32,170 nt of DNA from Acetobacteraceae bacterium (lineage in GTDB: Bacteria; Pseudomonadota; Alphaproteobacteria; Acetobacterales; Acetobacteraceae): contig DAHWDR010000257.1 in NCBI GenBank assembly GCA_027330745.1, forward strand, positions 1 through 32,170, written 5' to 3'. Position numbers and translations under genes: made by a program. The notes under the pieces were generated by a model. The model had not been told where the DNA came from. It did no database searches and saw only the letters and a list, made by a program, of their open reading frames with translations. This document shows, piece after piece, positions 1 to 9,228 of this stretch (its first letter is position 1; each line of letters begins with the position of its first letter).

Positions 1-467
1 CGGAATGCCGAACTGCGCGCTCAGGCGCGCGCGGATGCGGGCGGCCGAGGCGTCCGGGTCTTCGGGCAGCAGCAGCACCTGGTCGGGGCCGCCGGGGGCG
101 GCGAGGTTGGAATGATCGACCCCGGCATTGGCCATCACGAAGCCGAGACGATGCTCCATGATGAGCAGGTTGGGGCGGTGGCGGACCACGCGCACCGATT
201 CGCGCAGGATCGTTTCGACCAGCCGCGGGTCCTTGCCGGTCTCGGCGCCGAGCGTGACGGCTTGCTGGCTGGGGGTGACGGTGGCGAGATCGACCATGCG
301 GGATTCCGCCTTGGAGACGATCTTCTGCGCCAGCACCAGCACGTCGCCGGGCTCGGGTGTGGGGCCGGGATCGGTGAGGCGGGCGATCAGCAATGCGGCC
401 AGGTCTTCGCCCGGACGGACCAGGGGGAAGTCGGGCAGGGCGTGGAGGGTCAGACTGGCGGTGCGGG

Positions 468-471
<4 letters not shown>
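1..471 (-). CDS. CofE-like protein (F420-0:gamma-glutamyl ligase family), N-terminal 157 codons; 3' end lies beyond the window
   Basis: Hand translation of the minus strand from ATG 471..469 gives MTRTASLTLHALPDFPLVRPGEDLAALL...GDVLVLAQKIVSKAESRMV...MANAGVDHSNLAAPGGPDQVLLLPEDPDASAARIR. The GDD/EDLA, ISKAEGR-like and NAG(V/I)D.SN...LLP.DPD blocks match my recollection of CofE. It is absent from the ORF track because it runs off the window edge. Its ATG overlaps the thiE stop (ATGA). Confidence 0.6.
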
Positions 472-2102
<1,631 letters not shown>

Positions 2103-2106
<4 letters not shown>

Positions 2107-3308
2107 GCAGGATCCTTCGGCGCGAAGCGCGACGGCGCGAATGGCGCCATCTCCGGCGCGATCCTACCCGACAGGATGTGATCGGCAACCAGCGTCGCGG
2201 TGATCGGCGTCAGCAGGATGCCATTGCGATGATGCCCGGTGGCATAGACCAGGCCGGGCAGCGTGCCCGGACCCAACAGCGGCGCGTCGTCGCGTGAGCC
2301 GGGGCGGAATCCGACCCAGGTTTCGGCGATGGGCAGGTCCTCGATCCCCGGCAGCGCGCGCCAGGCGCCGTCCAGCAGGGACAGCAGGCCACCGGCGGTC
2401 AGGTGCGGGTCGAACCCTTTTTCCTCCACCGTGGCGCCCACGATCAGGCGGCCATCGGCGCGCGGCACCAGATAGGCGTGCGGCGCCCAGACCACATGGC
2501 GCAGCAGTGGCGCCGCCGGGTCCATCGACAGGGCCAGCATCTGGCCTTTGACCGGGCGCACCGGCGGGCGGGCGGCTTGCGGCATCCCGGGGAGTTCGGC
2601 CGACCAGGCGCCCGCCGCCAGGACCACCGTCTCCGCCTTCACGCACGCCTCACCCGCGATCACGCCGGTGACGCGCCCGCCGGTCAGGTCGAGCCCGGTC
2701 ACCGCGCAGTGTTCCCGCAGGACCCCTCCGGCTTCGCGCAAGGCGGCGGCCAGCGCCGCGCCCAGCAGGCGGTTGTCGGCCTGATGATCGGCGGCGCTGA
2801 ACACCGCGCCGGCCAGCGAGGGCGTCAACCGCGGCTCCCGCGCCAGGGCCTGGCGCGGCGTCAGCCATTCCAGCGGAATGCCGTGGTCGCGCTGGAATTC
2901 AAAGGTGAAGCGCAGGCTGGCCAGGTCGTCGCGATTCAGGGCCAGCATCAGCGTGCCCTCCTGGCGCAGCCCGACTGGCAGGCCGGAGGCGGTCTCCAAC
3001 GCGGCGGCGAAGTCCGGCCACAGCGCCAGGCTGGCGCGGTTGAGCGCGGACAGCGCGGCTTCCCCGGGCTCGGTTTCCACCCCCGCGGCCAGCATCCCGG
3101 CGGCGGCCCAGGACGCGCCGCGCCCGGCCTGGCCGCGTTCGAAGACGGTCACCGGAACGCCGCGCTGCGCGAGGCGCCAGGCGATGGCAAGGCCGATAAC
3201 GCCGCCGCCGATGACGGCAACGGAGGAGGGGGAGGGCGGAATGGCGGGCCTCGCGACGCAACGCGCCGAGATTACCCCGGCCGCCGGCGCGGGGGAACCG
3301 GCCGTCAG
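2103..3308 (-). CDS. thiO: glycine oxidase ThiO (FAD-dependent); the 5' boundary is uncertain (CTG 3308 or ATT 3242)
   Basis: The sequence VAVIGGGVIGLAIAWRLAQRG (Rossmann GxGxxG, from about 3221) through ATGHHRNGILLTPITA is ThiO-like. I found no in-frame ATG/GTG/TTG from the Rossmann motif back to at least 3600, checking codon by codon. The 573-aa ORF in the track overlaps lpxC and is rejected. Confidence 0.85.
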
Positions 3309-4234
3309 GCGGCGGCGGAAACCGGCATGGCCTGTGCGGCGAACAGCGCGTGCAGCAGACGGTTGTTCAGGGCATGGCCGGAGCGGTGTGCCACGAACCG
3401 GCCACGGATCGGCGCGCCCGCCAGCGCCAGATCGCCCACCGCATCCAGCAGCTTGTGGCGCGCGAACTCGCGGTCCATGCGCAACCCGCCCGGGTTCAGC
3501 ACGCGCGCGCCATCCACTACCACCGCGTTCGCCAGGCTGCCGCCCAGCGCCAGGCCGGCGGCCTGCAAGGCGGCGACATCCTCGGCCATGGCGAAGGTGC
3601 GCGCGGCGGCCAGTTCGCGGCGGAACGATGCCGGGGTCAGCCGAACCTCCAGGCTTTGGCGGCCGATCGCGGCCGCGGGAAAATCGATCGAAAGCCGCAT
3701 CTCCAGCCCCTCGGCGCGCGGCGCGGGGCGGAGTTCGGCCCAGGCGTCCCCGTCTTCGACCCGGACCACCTGGCGTGGCACGAGGAAGCGGCGCGGTGCG
3801 TCCTGCGCGGCAATTCCCGCGCATTCGATCAGGAACACGAACGGAGCCGCCGAACCATCCAGGATCGGCACTTCCGGCCCGTCCAGGCTGATCAGCGCGT
3901 TGTCAATGCCAAGCCCCGACAGCGCGGCCAGCAGATGCTCCACCGTGCTCACGCGGATATCGGGCTCGCCCGGCAGGGCGAGGGTGGTGGCCAGCCGCGC
4001 GTCGGCGACGTAATCGAAGCGGGCCGGGATGTCGCGCCCCAGATCGGTGCGGCGGAAAACGATGCCGCGCCCGGCTGGCGCCGGGGCCAGGGTCAGCGCG
4101 ACGGTGGACCCGGAATGGACCCCGGTGCCGACGCAGCCGATCGCGGTCTTCAGGCTGTGCTGACGCGCCTCGGCCGGCACCTCGATCAGGCGCGGGGGGG
4201 GCAGCGTGTCGGTGGCGATGGCCAAGGCGTCCAT
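3305..4234 (-). CDS. lpxC: UDP-3-O-acyl-N-acetylglucosamine deacetylase
   Basis: 309-aa ORF with GVGVHSG-like (GTGVHSGS), TVEHLLAAL, PILDGSA, and HKLLD.VGDL.L.G motifs. It sits directly after ftsZ, as in other dcw clusters. A GGGA Shine-Dalgarno-like motif lies 6-7 nt upstream of the ATG. Confidence 0.95.
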   Translation of the reverse strand: MDALAIATDTLPPPRLIEVPAEARQHSLKTAIGCVGTGVHSGSTVALTLAPAPAGRGIVFRRTDLGRDIPARFDYVADARLATTLALPGEPDIRVSTVEHLLAALSGLGIDNALISLDGPEVPILDGSAAPFVFLIECAGIAAQDAPRRFLVPRQVVRVEDGDAWAELRPAPRAEGLEMRLSIDFPAAAIGRQSLEVRLTPASFRRELAAARTFAMAEDVAALQAAGLALGGSLANAVVVDGARVLNPGGLRMDREFARHKLLDAVGDLALAGAPIRGRFVAHRSGHALNNRLLHALFAAQAMPVSAAA

Positions 4235-4270
4235 GCTGTTCCCGGTCCCTTATTGGGGCGCCGCTCTGCT

Positions 4271-4308
4271 GCAACGCAAAACGGGCGCTCTCTAGGTAGA
4301 GATCGCCC
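4271..4308 (-). terminator. hairpin plus short U-tract between ftsZ and lpxC (possible partial intrinsic terminator or attenuator)
   Basis: The minus strand reads GGGCGATCTCTACCTAGAGAGCGCCC: 5 bp, one mismatch, then 5 bp, with a 4-nt loop. It is followed by GTTTTGCGTT and lies 35 nt downstream of the ftsZ stop. Confidence 0.4.
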
Positions 4309-4342
4309 GCTTCCTGCGCCAGTCACTCTTTATTTCCCCGTG

Positions 4343-5941
4343 TTACCGGGTAACTGATTGACCGGGATGGGTTTTTTCTGCCTCTCCGGTGTAGGATTGC
4401 TGGCGCCGGAGGAAGGTCGGGATTTCGAGTCCCTCATCCTCCCCCACCACCGGACGCACCTCCGGGCGGTCCATCGGGTGTCCACCCGTGTGCCCACCTG
4501 CGTGCCCAGCGGGGCGGCCGACGGGGCGTACCGTGTCCGACGGGTCCTCGGCATAGACACCAAGGCCGGGTTCGTGGCGCGGCTCGGTTGGCGGGGCGGC
4601 CACCCCGCTTCCGCCGCGGCGCGAGAAAATGCCCGTCACGGTGCCGAAGATGCTGGTGCGTTCCGGCTGCGTCGGCCGTGCCGGCGCGGCGCGCGGGCGG
4701 GCCGGGGCCGAGGGGATGAAGCCCGGCCGCGGCGCCTCCGTGGTCTCGGCCCGGCCCAGGGAGGGTGCAACGGCGGATGACGCGATCGGCGGTACCGACG
4801 GACGCAGCGGTGCGGCGTGACCCGGGGCGGCTTCGGCGACCGGTGCGGCGGACATGTCCACCGCCGTCAGAACGGGCCCCGCGGCGCGCCCGGTGGCCGG
4901 TGGCAGATCCTGCGCCACGCCGCCATTCACCGCGACCAGTTTTGGCCGGTCCTGGCTGCTCGCGAGCGGCACGTCGATGCCGGTCGCAATCACCGAGACG
5001 CGGATTCGCCCCGTCAGGCTGGGGTCGGTGGCGGAGCCGAAGATGATCTCGGCGTCCGGGTCCACTTCCTGGGCGACGCGCTTAGCGGCGTGCTCGACCT
5101 CGAACAAGGTCAGATCGTCGCCGCCGGTGATGTTGATCAGCAAGCCCCGCGCGCCGGCCATGGAGGTGTCTTCCAGCAGCGGGTTGTTGATCGCCGCCTC
5201 GGCCGCCAGCACCGCGCGATTATCGCCCTCGGCGGTGCCGGTGCCCATCATCGCCTTGCCCATCTCGCGCATCACGGTGCGGATGTCGGCGAAATCCAGG
5301 TTGATCTGCCCCGGCGCCATCATCAGGTCGGTGACGCTACGGACGCCTTCGTACAGCACCTGGTCGGCCATTTTGAAGGCCTCCTTCCAGGTGGTACGGT
5401 CATTTGCCATACGGAACAGATTCTGGTTCGGGATGATGATCAGGGTATCGACGTGTTCCTGCAGCTCGGCGATGCCTTCCTCGGCGGCGCGGGCGCGGCG
5501 GCGGCCCTCGAAATCGAACGGCTTGGTGACGACGCCGATGGTCAGGATGCCGCGCTCGCGCGCCATCCGCGCGATCACCGGGGCGGCCCCGGTGCCGGTG
5601 CCGCCGCCCATGCCGGCGGTGACGAACACCATGTGGCTGCCGTCCAGATGGCGGTACAATTCGTCGGCCGCTTCCTCGGCCGCGGCGCGCCCCACCTCGG
5701 GCCGGGCGCCGGCGCCGAGGCCCTGGGTGATATGCGGGCCGAGCTGGATCCGCCGCGTGGCACGGGAATGGATCAGCTGCTGCGCGTCCGTGTTCGCCAC
5801 CACGAACTCGACGCCCTGCAGGTCGGCGGCGATCATGTTATCGACGGCGTTGGTGCCGCCGCCGCCGACGCCGATCACCGAGATGCGCGGGGTGAAATCC
5901 GTGTGCACCGGCTGATCGGTCTTTTTCATGTGCAGAACCAT
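4343..5941 (-). CDS. ftsZ: cell division GTPase FtsZ
   Basis: Contains [10 protein letters not shown], the tubulin signature [11 protein letters not shown], a long Pro/Ala-rich linker and the conserved C-terminal peptide [11 protein letters not shown] chose the ATG at 5941 because GGAGGGG lies 9 nt upstream. An ATG at 5929 is the alternative. The upstream part of ORF 4343..6067 runs into the palindromic element. Confidence 0.95.
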   Translation of the reverse strand: MVLHMKKTDQPVHTDFTPRISVIGVGGGGTNAVDNMIAADLQGVEFVVANTDAQQLIHSRATRRIQLGPHITQGLGAGARPEVGRAAAEEAADELYRHLDGSHMVFVTAGMGGGTGTGAAPVIARMARERGILTIGVVTKPFDFEGRRRARAAEEGIAELQEHVDTLIIIPNQNLFRMANDRTTWKEAFKMADQVLYEGVRSVTDLMMAPGQINLDFADIRTVMREMGKAMMGTGTAEGDNRAVLAAEAAINNPLLEDTSMAGARGLLINITGGDDLTLFEVEHAAKRVAQEVDPDAEIIFGSATDPSLTGRIRVSVIATGIDVPLASSQDRPKLVAVNGGVAQDLPPATGRAAGPVLTAVDMSAAPVAEAAPGHAAPLRPSVPPIASSAVAPSLGRAETTEAPRPGFIPSAPARPRAAPARPTQPERTSIFGTVTGIFSRRGGSGVAAPPTEPRHEPGLGVYAEDPSDTVRPVGRPAGHAGGHTGGHPMDRPEVRPVVGEDEGLEIPTFLRRQQSYTGEAEKTHPGQSVTR

Positions 5942-6007
5942 AGCAGGCGACCCCTCCGTCGATTCGTTGACTTGAACGCCATGCCCGCGATTCGGGGCAA
6001 GCGGCTT

Positions 6008-6156
6008 GTTGGCTAGGTAGTGTCTCGGTTTGAACGTCGGCGCCGGCCCGCACCCCCACCCGGCCACCCAACGTCAGTATATTGGCATTGGGTGGCCGGG
6101 TGGGGGTGCGGGCCGGCGCCGACTTGCTGTTCAAACCGAGACACTACCGTTGGCTT
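6008..6156. mobile_element. MITE-like non-autonomous palindromic element (133 bp, 6016..6148) flanked by a GTTGGCT direct duplication
   Basis: The left arm (6016..6071, 56 nt) is the perfect reverse complement of the right arm (6088..6148) except for a 5-nt insertion (TTGCT) in the right arm. The loop is 16 nt and AT-rich (cgtcagtatattggca). GTTGGCT occurs at 6008..6014 and 6149..6155, next to both ends. No coding capacity. Confidence 0.6.
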
Positions 6157-6158
6157 TG

Positions 6159-7460
6159 TCACAGTCGTTCCTTCACGAACGCCACCACGCGGGCGAGCCA
6201 GCCCCCGCGCGGCAACGGGTCGAGATCGATATCCGCGAGCCGCCGTCCGTTGCCGGCCGCCCAGGACAGCAGCCCCGCGGCGGTGGCGAAGGCGGGCCCG
6301 GCAGCGGCATCGGGCAGTCCGCGCAGGCTGGACGGCCGGCCGATCCGCACCTGCTTGCCGAGAATCTCGGCCGCCAGTTCGCGCACCCCGCCGAGTTGGC
6401 AGGCGCCCCCGGTCAACACGACCCGGTTGCCCGCGGCGCGCGTCAGGCCGGAGCTTTCCAGACGTTGCTTTACCAGCTCGAACGTCTCCTCCATGCGCGG
6501 GCGGATCACGCGCACCAGGTCGCTGCGCGGCACGCGCGCCAAATGATGGTCTTCCTCGCCGATCAGCGGCACCGGCAGCATCTCGTGATGATCGTCCGGG
6601 CAGCCGGAGGCGTTGCCGAACAGCGCCTTCAACCGTTCCGCGTGCGCCACCGGCGTGGACAGTAGCCGCGCCAGATCGTTGGTGACATGCACTCCGCCGA
6701 TCGGCAGCTGCGCGGTGTGCAGCAGCTGACCCTCGGCGAACACCGCCATCCCGGTGGTGCCGCCGCCCATGTCGATCACGGTGGCTCCCAGTTCGCGCTC
6801 GTCCTCCACCAGCACGGCAAGCCCCGCGGCCATCGGCGCGGAGACCAGCTCGGCCACGTCCAGATCGCAGCGCGCCATGCACGCGCCGAGCGAACGCAGC
6901 GCCCCCGACGCCGCATCGATGATGTGCAGCCGCGCCGTCAGGGTGGAGCAGAACAGACCGCGCGGATCGGCGACCCCTTCGGTCTCATCGGCCGAGAAGG
7001 TCAGAGGCAGGGCGTGGATCGTCTCGCGCCCCTCGCCTTCGGCGCGGGCGCGGCCTTCGGACATGATGCGGCGGATATCCGCCTCCTCCACCGCGCGACC
7101 GCCGACATGCCACTGCACATTCAGCAGCCGGCTTTCCGGCTGACCGCAGCTTAGATTCACGGTCACGCTGCGCAGCCGCGTATCGGCCATGTCCTCGGCC
7201 TGGCCGACCGCGGCGCGGATCGCGCGCTCGGCCTCGTCCAGATCGACGATGCCGCCGCCGCGCACGCCCTTGCCGCGATGCCAGCCGAAACCGGTGGCGC
7301 GCAGCCGGCCGTCGGCTTCCTGCCGGCCGATCAGGCAGACCACCTTGGTGGTGCCGATATCCAGGATTCCGATCGGGCCGGAGCGTCCACCGCGTCCGCG
7401 CGGGGCGTCCTCCGCACCGGGTTCCTGCGCCACCAGCAGGCGCGGGGCCATCTGGTTCAT
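6159..7460 (-). CDS. ftsA: cell division protein FtsA (actin-like ATPase)
   Basis: Contains ILDIGTTKVVCLIG, VIDMGGGTT, VLTGGACQLGGVRELA and a C-terminal amphipathic helix. The ATG at 7460 overlaps the ftsQ stop (ATGA). The upstream part of the 679-aa ORF overlaps ftsQ and is rejected. Confidence 0.95.
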   Translation of the reverse strand: MNQMAPRLLVAQEPGAEDAPRGRGGRSGPIGILDIGTTKVVCLIGRQEADGRLRATGFGWHRGKGVRGGGIVDLDEAERAIRAAVGQAEDMADTRLRSVTVNLSCGQPESRLLNVQWHVGGRAVEEADIRRIMSEGRARAEGEGRETIHALPLTFSADETEGVADPRGLFCSTLTARLHIIDAASGALRSLGACMARCDLDVAELVSAPMAAGLAVLVEDERELGATVIDMGGGTTGMAVFAEGQLLHTAQLPIGGVHVTNDLARLLSTPVAHAERLKALFGNASGCPDDHHEMLPVPLIGEEDHHLARVPRSDLVRVIRPRMEETFELVKQRLESSGLTRAAGNRVVLTGGACQLGGVRELAAEILGKQVRIGRPSSLRGLPDAAAGPAFATAAGLLSWAAGNGRRLADIDLDPLPRGGWLARVVAFVKERL

Positions 7461-8320
7461 GTCGGTTTCTTTCCGGTGGGAGGGGGCGGCACCGCGGCCG
7501 CGATCGGACGCAGCACCAGCATCGATGGCAGGCGCAGATCGATGAACCGCAGCGGCCGGTCGAGCAGCGCGAACTGCGCTTGCAGCTGCGCCAGCCGCGC
7601 GATCGCGCGCACCGCGTGCCCGCCCGGCAGGCGGACCGTCATGCCGGATTTCATCATCAGATCCCAGCGCCGGGAATCCACCCGCACCGCCGCGGCCACG
7701 CGCGGCGCCAGTTCCGGCTGCGCGTTCAGCGCGTCCAGCAGCCGCGCCGCGGCACGTGGCGCGCCCGGTCCCACAACCAGGGGCAGGGCGCGGAAGTCGC
7801 GCGCGTTGCGGTCGGCGACGGTGTCCCCGTCGCGGTCGATCAGGCGGAATTTGCCTTGATCCTGCCAGATCGCGAATGGCCGCCGCTCGATCAGACGCAC
7901 CACGATCGTGTCGGGCAGGCGCCGCTCCACGGTGGCGTGCTGCACCCAGGACAGGCGCTCGATGCGCGCGGCCACGGCGCGGATCGGCACCGCCAGGATC
8001 GGGGTGCCGCGATGCACGTCCATCGCGTCGCGCAGCACCGGCTCGGGGGTATTGGCGCGGCCTTCGATGACGATGTGGCGCACCTGCATCCCGGCCCGCG
8101 CGGCATCGCCGGCCAGTGCCAGATGCAGCCGGTCCAGCGTGCTGCCCGGCGTGCCGGAGCGCAGCAGCGCGGTCAGTGCCAGCAGCACCAATCCGCATCC
8201 GGCGGCGACCGCGGCGGGACGGATCAGCCAGCGCTGCCGACGCAACAGCAGCCGCAGCCGCGCCGGCCGGTCCTGGATGGAATTGCGCGGCCCGCGCGCC
8301 TTGTTCACCCCGCGCGGCAT
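7457..8320 (-). CDS. ftsQ: cell division protein FtsQ
   Basis: 287 aa with a basic N-terminus, one transmembrane segment (AAVAAGCGLVLLALTALL), a POTRA-like block (VRHIVIEGRANT...) and ...RRWDL... It lies between ddl and ftsA. The ATG at 8320 overlaps the ddl 3' end by 16 nt. Confidence 0.85.
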   Translation of the reverse strand: MPRGVNKARGPRNSIQDRPARLRLLLRRQRWLIRPAAVAAGCGLVLLALTALLRSGTPGSTLDRLHLALAGDAARAGMQVRHIVIEGRANTPEPVLRDAMDVHRGTPILAVPIRAVAARIERLSWVQHATVERRLPDTIVVRLIERRPFAIWQDQGKFRLIDRDGDTVADRNARDFRALPLVVGPGAPRAAARLLDALNAQPELAPRVAAAVRVDSRRWDLMMKSGMTVRLPGGHAVRAIARLAQLQAQFALLDRPLRFIDLRLPSMLVLRPIAAAVPPPPTGKKPT

Positions 8321-9228
8321 GTCGCCTGCTCCACCATCCAGGTGCACAGCGCCGGAAACGCGATGCCGCGATGCGCCGCCTGCTCGGGCAGCAATGACGT
8401 GCGGGTCAGGCCGGGCTGGGTGTTCACCTCCAGCAGCACCAGCCGCCCCGGTTCGCCCTGGGTATCGTCGTAGCGGAAATCCGCCCGGCTGGCGCCGCGG
8501 CACCCCAGCGCGCGATGCGCCGCGAGCGCCATTTCCAGCGCGCGCGCATAGGTATCGCGATGCACGCCGGCGGGGATGACGTGGCGCGAGCCGCCGGGGG
8601 CATATTTGGAATCGTAGTCGTAGAACGCGCCTGCTTCGGCGATGATCTCGGTGACCGCCAGCGGGTCTTCGCCCATCACCGCCACGGTCAGTTCGCGGCC
8701 GGGGATATATTCTTCCACCAGCGCGCGCGCTCCGTAGCGCCAGGCACGCGCGATGGCGGCGCGGCGATTGTCGCCGGCGCGCACGATTTCAACGCCGACC
8801 GAGGAGCCTTCGTTGGCGGGCTTGATGACGTACGGCAGCGGCAGCGGATCGGCTTCGGCCAGCGCGTCGCGGTCGATCAGCTTGCCGTGCGGCACGGTCA
8901 ACCCGGCGGCGGCGAACAGCGTCTTGGCCGCGGTCTTGTCCATCGCCAGCGCCGAGGCGCGCACGCCTGAATGGGTATACGGGACGCCCAGCCAGTCGAG
9001 CACCCCCTGGATCGAACCGTCTTCTCCGAAACGACCATGCAGCGCGTTGAACACCACGTCCGGCGCCGGGGTCAGTGCGGCGATCAAGGCGGGGAGATCG
9101 GGGCCGACCTCGATCGGAGTGACCTCGAACCCGGCATCCGCCAGCGCGGCGATCACCTCGGTGCCGGAGGCGAGACTGACCTCGCGCTCCGCCGAGACGC
9201 CGCCATACAACACCGCGACCCGGGTCAT
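8305..9228 (-). CDS. ddl: D-alanine--D-alanine ligase
   Basis: 307-aa ORF with VLYGGVSAEREVSL, NALHGRFGEDGSIQG, KP..EGSSVG and an ATP-grasp C-terminal half (LLEVNTQPG). The ATG overlaps the murB stop (ATGA). Confidence 0.95.
   Translation of the reverse strand: MTRVAVLYGGVSAEREVSLASGTEVIAALADAGFEVTPIEVGPDLPALIAALTPAPDVVFNALHGRFGEDGSIQGVLDWLGVPYTHSGVRASALAMDKTAAKTLFAAAGLTVPHGKLIDRDALAEADPLPLPYVIKPANEGSSVGVEIVRAGDNRRAAIARAWRYGARALVEEYIPGRELTVAVMGEDPLAVTEIIAEAGAFYDYDSKYAPGGSRHVIPAGVHRDTYARALEMALAAHRALGCRGASRADFRYDDTQGEPGRLVLLEVNTQPGLTRTSLLPEQAAHRGIAFPALCTWMVEQATCRAG

Noticed and set aside
3305-3311. A possible LpxC-ThiO fusion by programmed -1 frameshifting at the junction.
   Set aside because: There is no slippery heptamer; the sequence is GGTTTCCGCCGCCGCCTGA. 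There is no obvious downstream stimulatory structure. Reinitiation or a non-canonical start is a simpler explanation.
3200-3480. A TPP (THI-box) riboswitch upstream of thiO.
   Set aside because: I could not find the conserved CUGAGA and ACCUGAUCUGGAUAAUGCCAGCG-like core on the minus strand. The region is lpxC coding sequence. This was only an inspection by eye, and an Infernal scan would be decisive.
5942-6007. Statistical enrichment of GANTC (CcrM) sites in the ftsZ and mraZ upstream regions.
   Set aside because: There are four sites in about 650 nt upstream of mraZ against roughly two expected at local composition. There are two in about 84 nt upstream of ftsZ against about 0.3 expected. 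GANTC also occurs in nearby coding sequence (for example two in ftsW near 13870..13900). Enrichment alone is not convincing, so only the shared 14-mer was reported.
6072-6087. The AT-rich loop of the 133-bp palindrome (minus strand CAATATACTG) as a -10 box of an element-borne ftsZ promoter.
   Set aside because: There is no acceptable -35 box at 16-18 nt; that position falls in the GC-rich arm (CCACCC/ACCCGG). The match to TATAAT is only 4-5 of 6.
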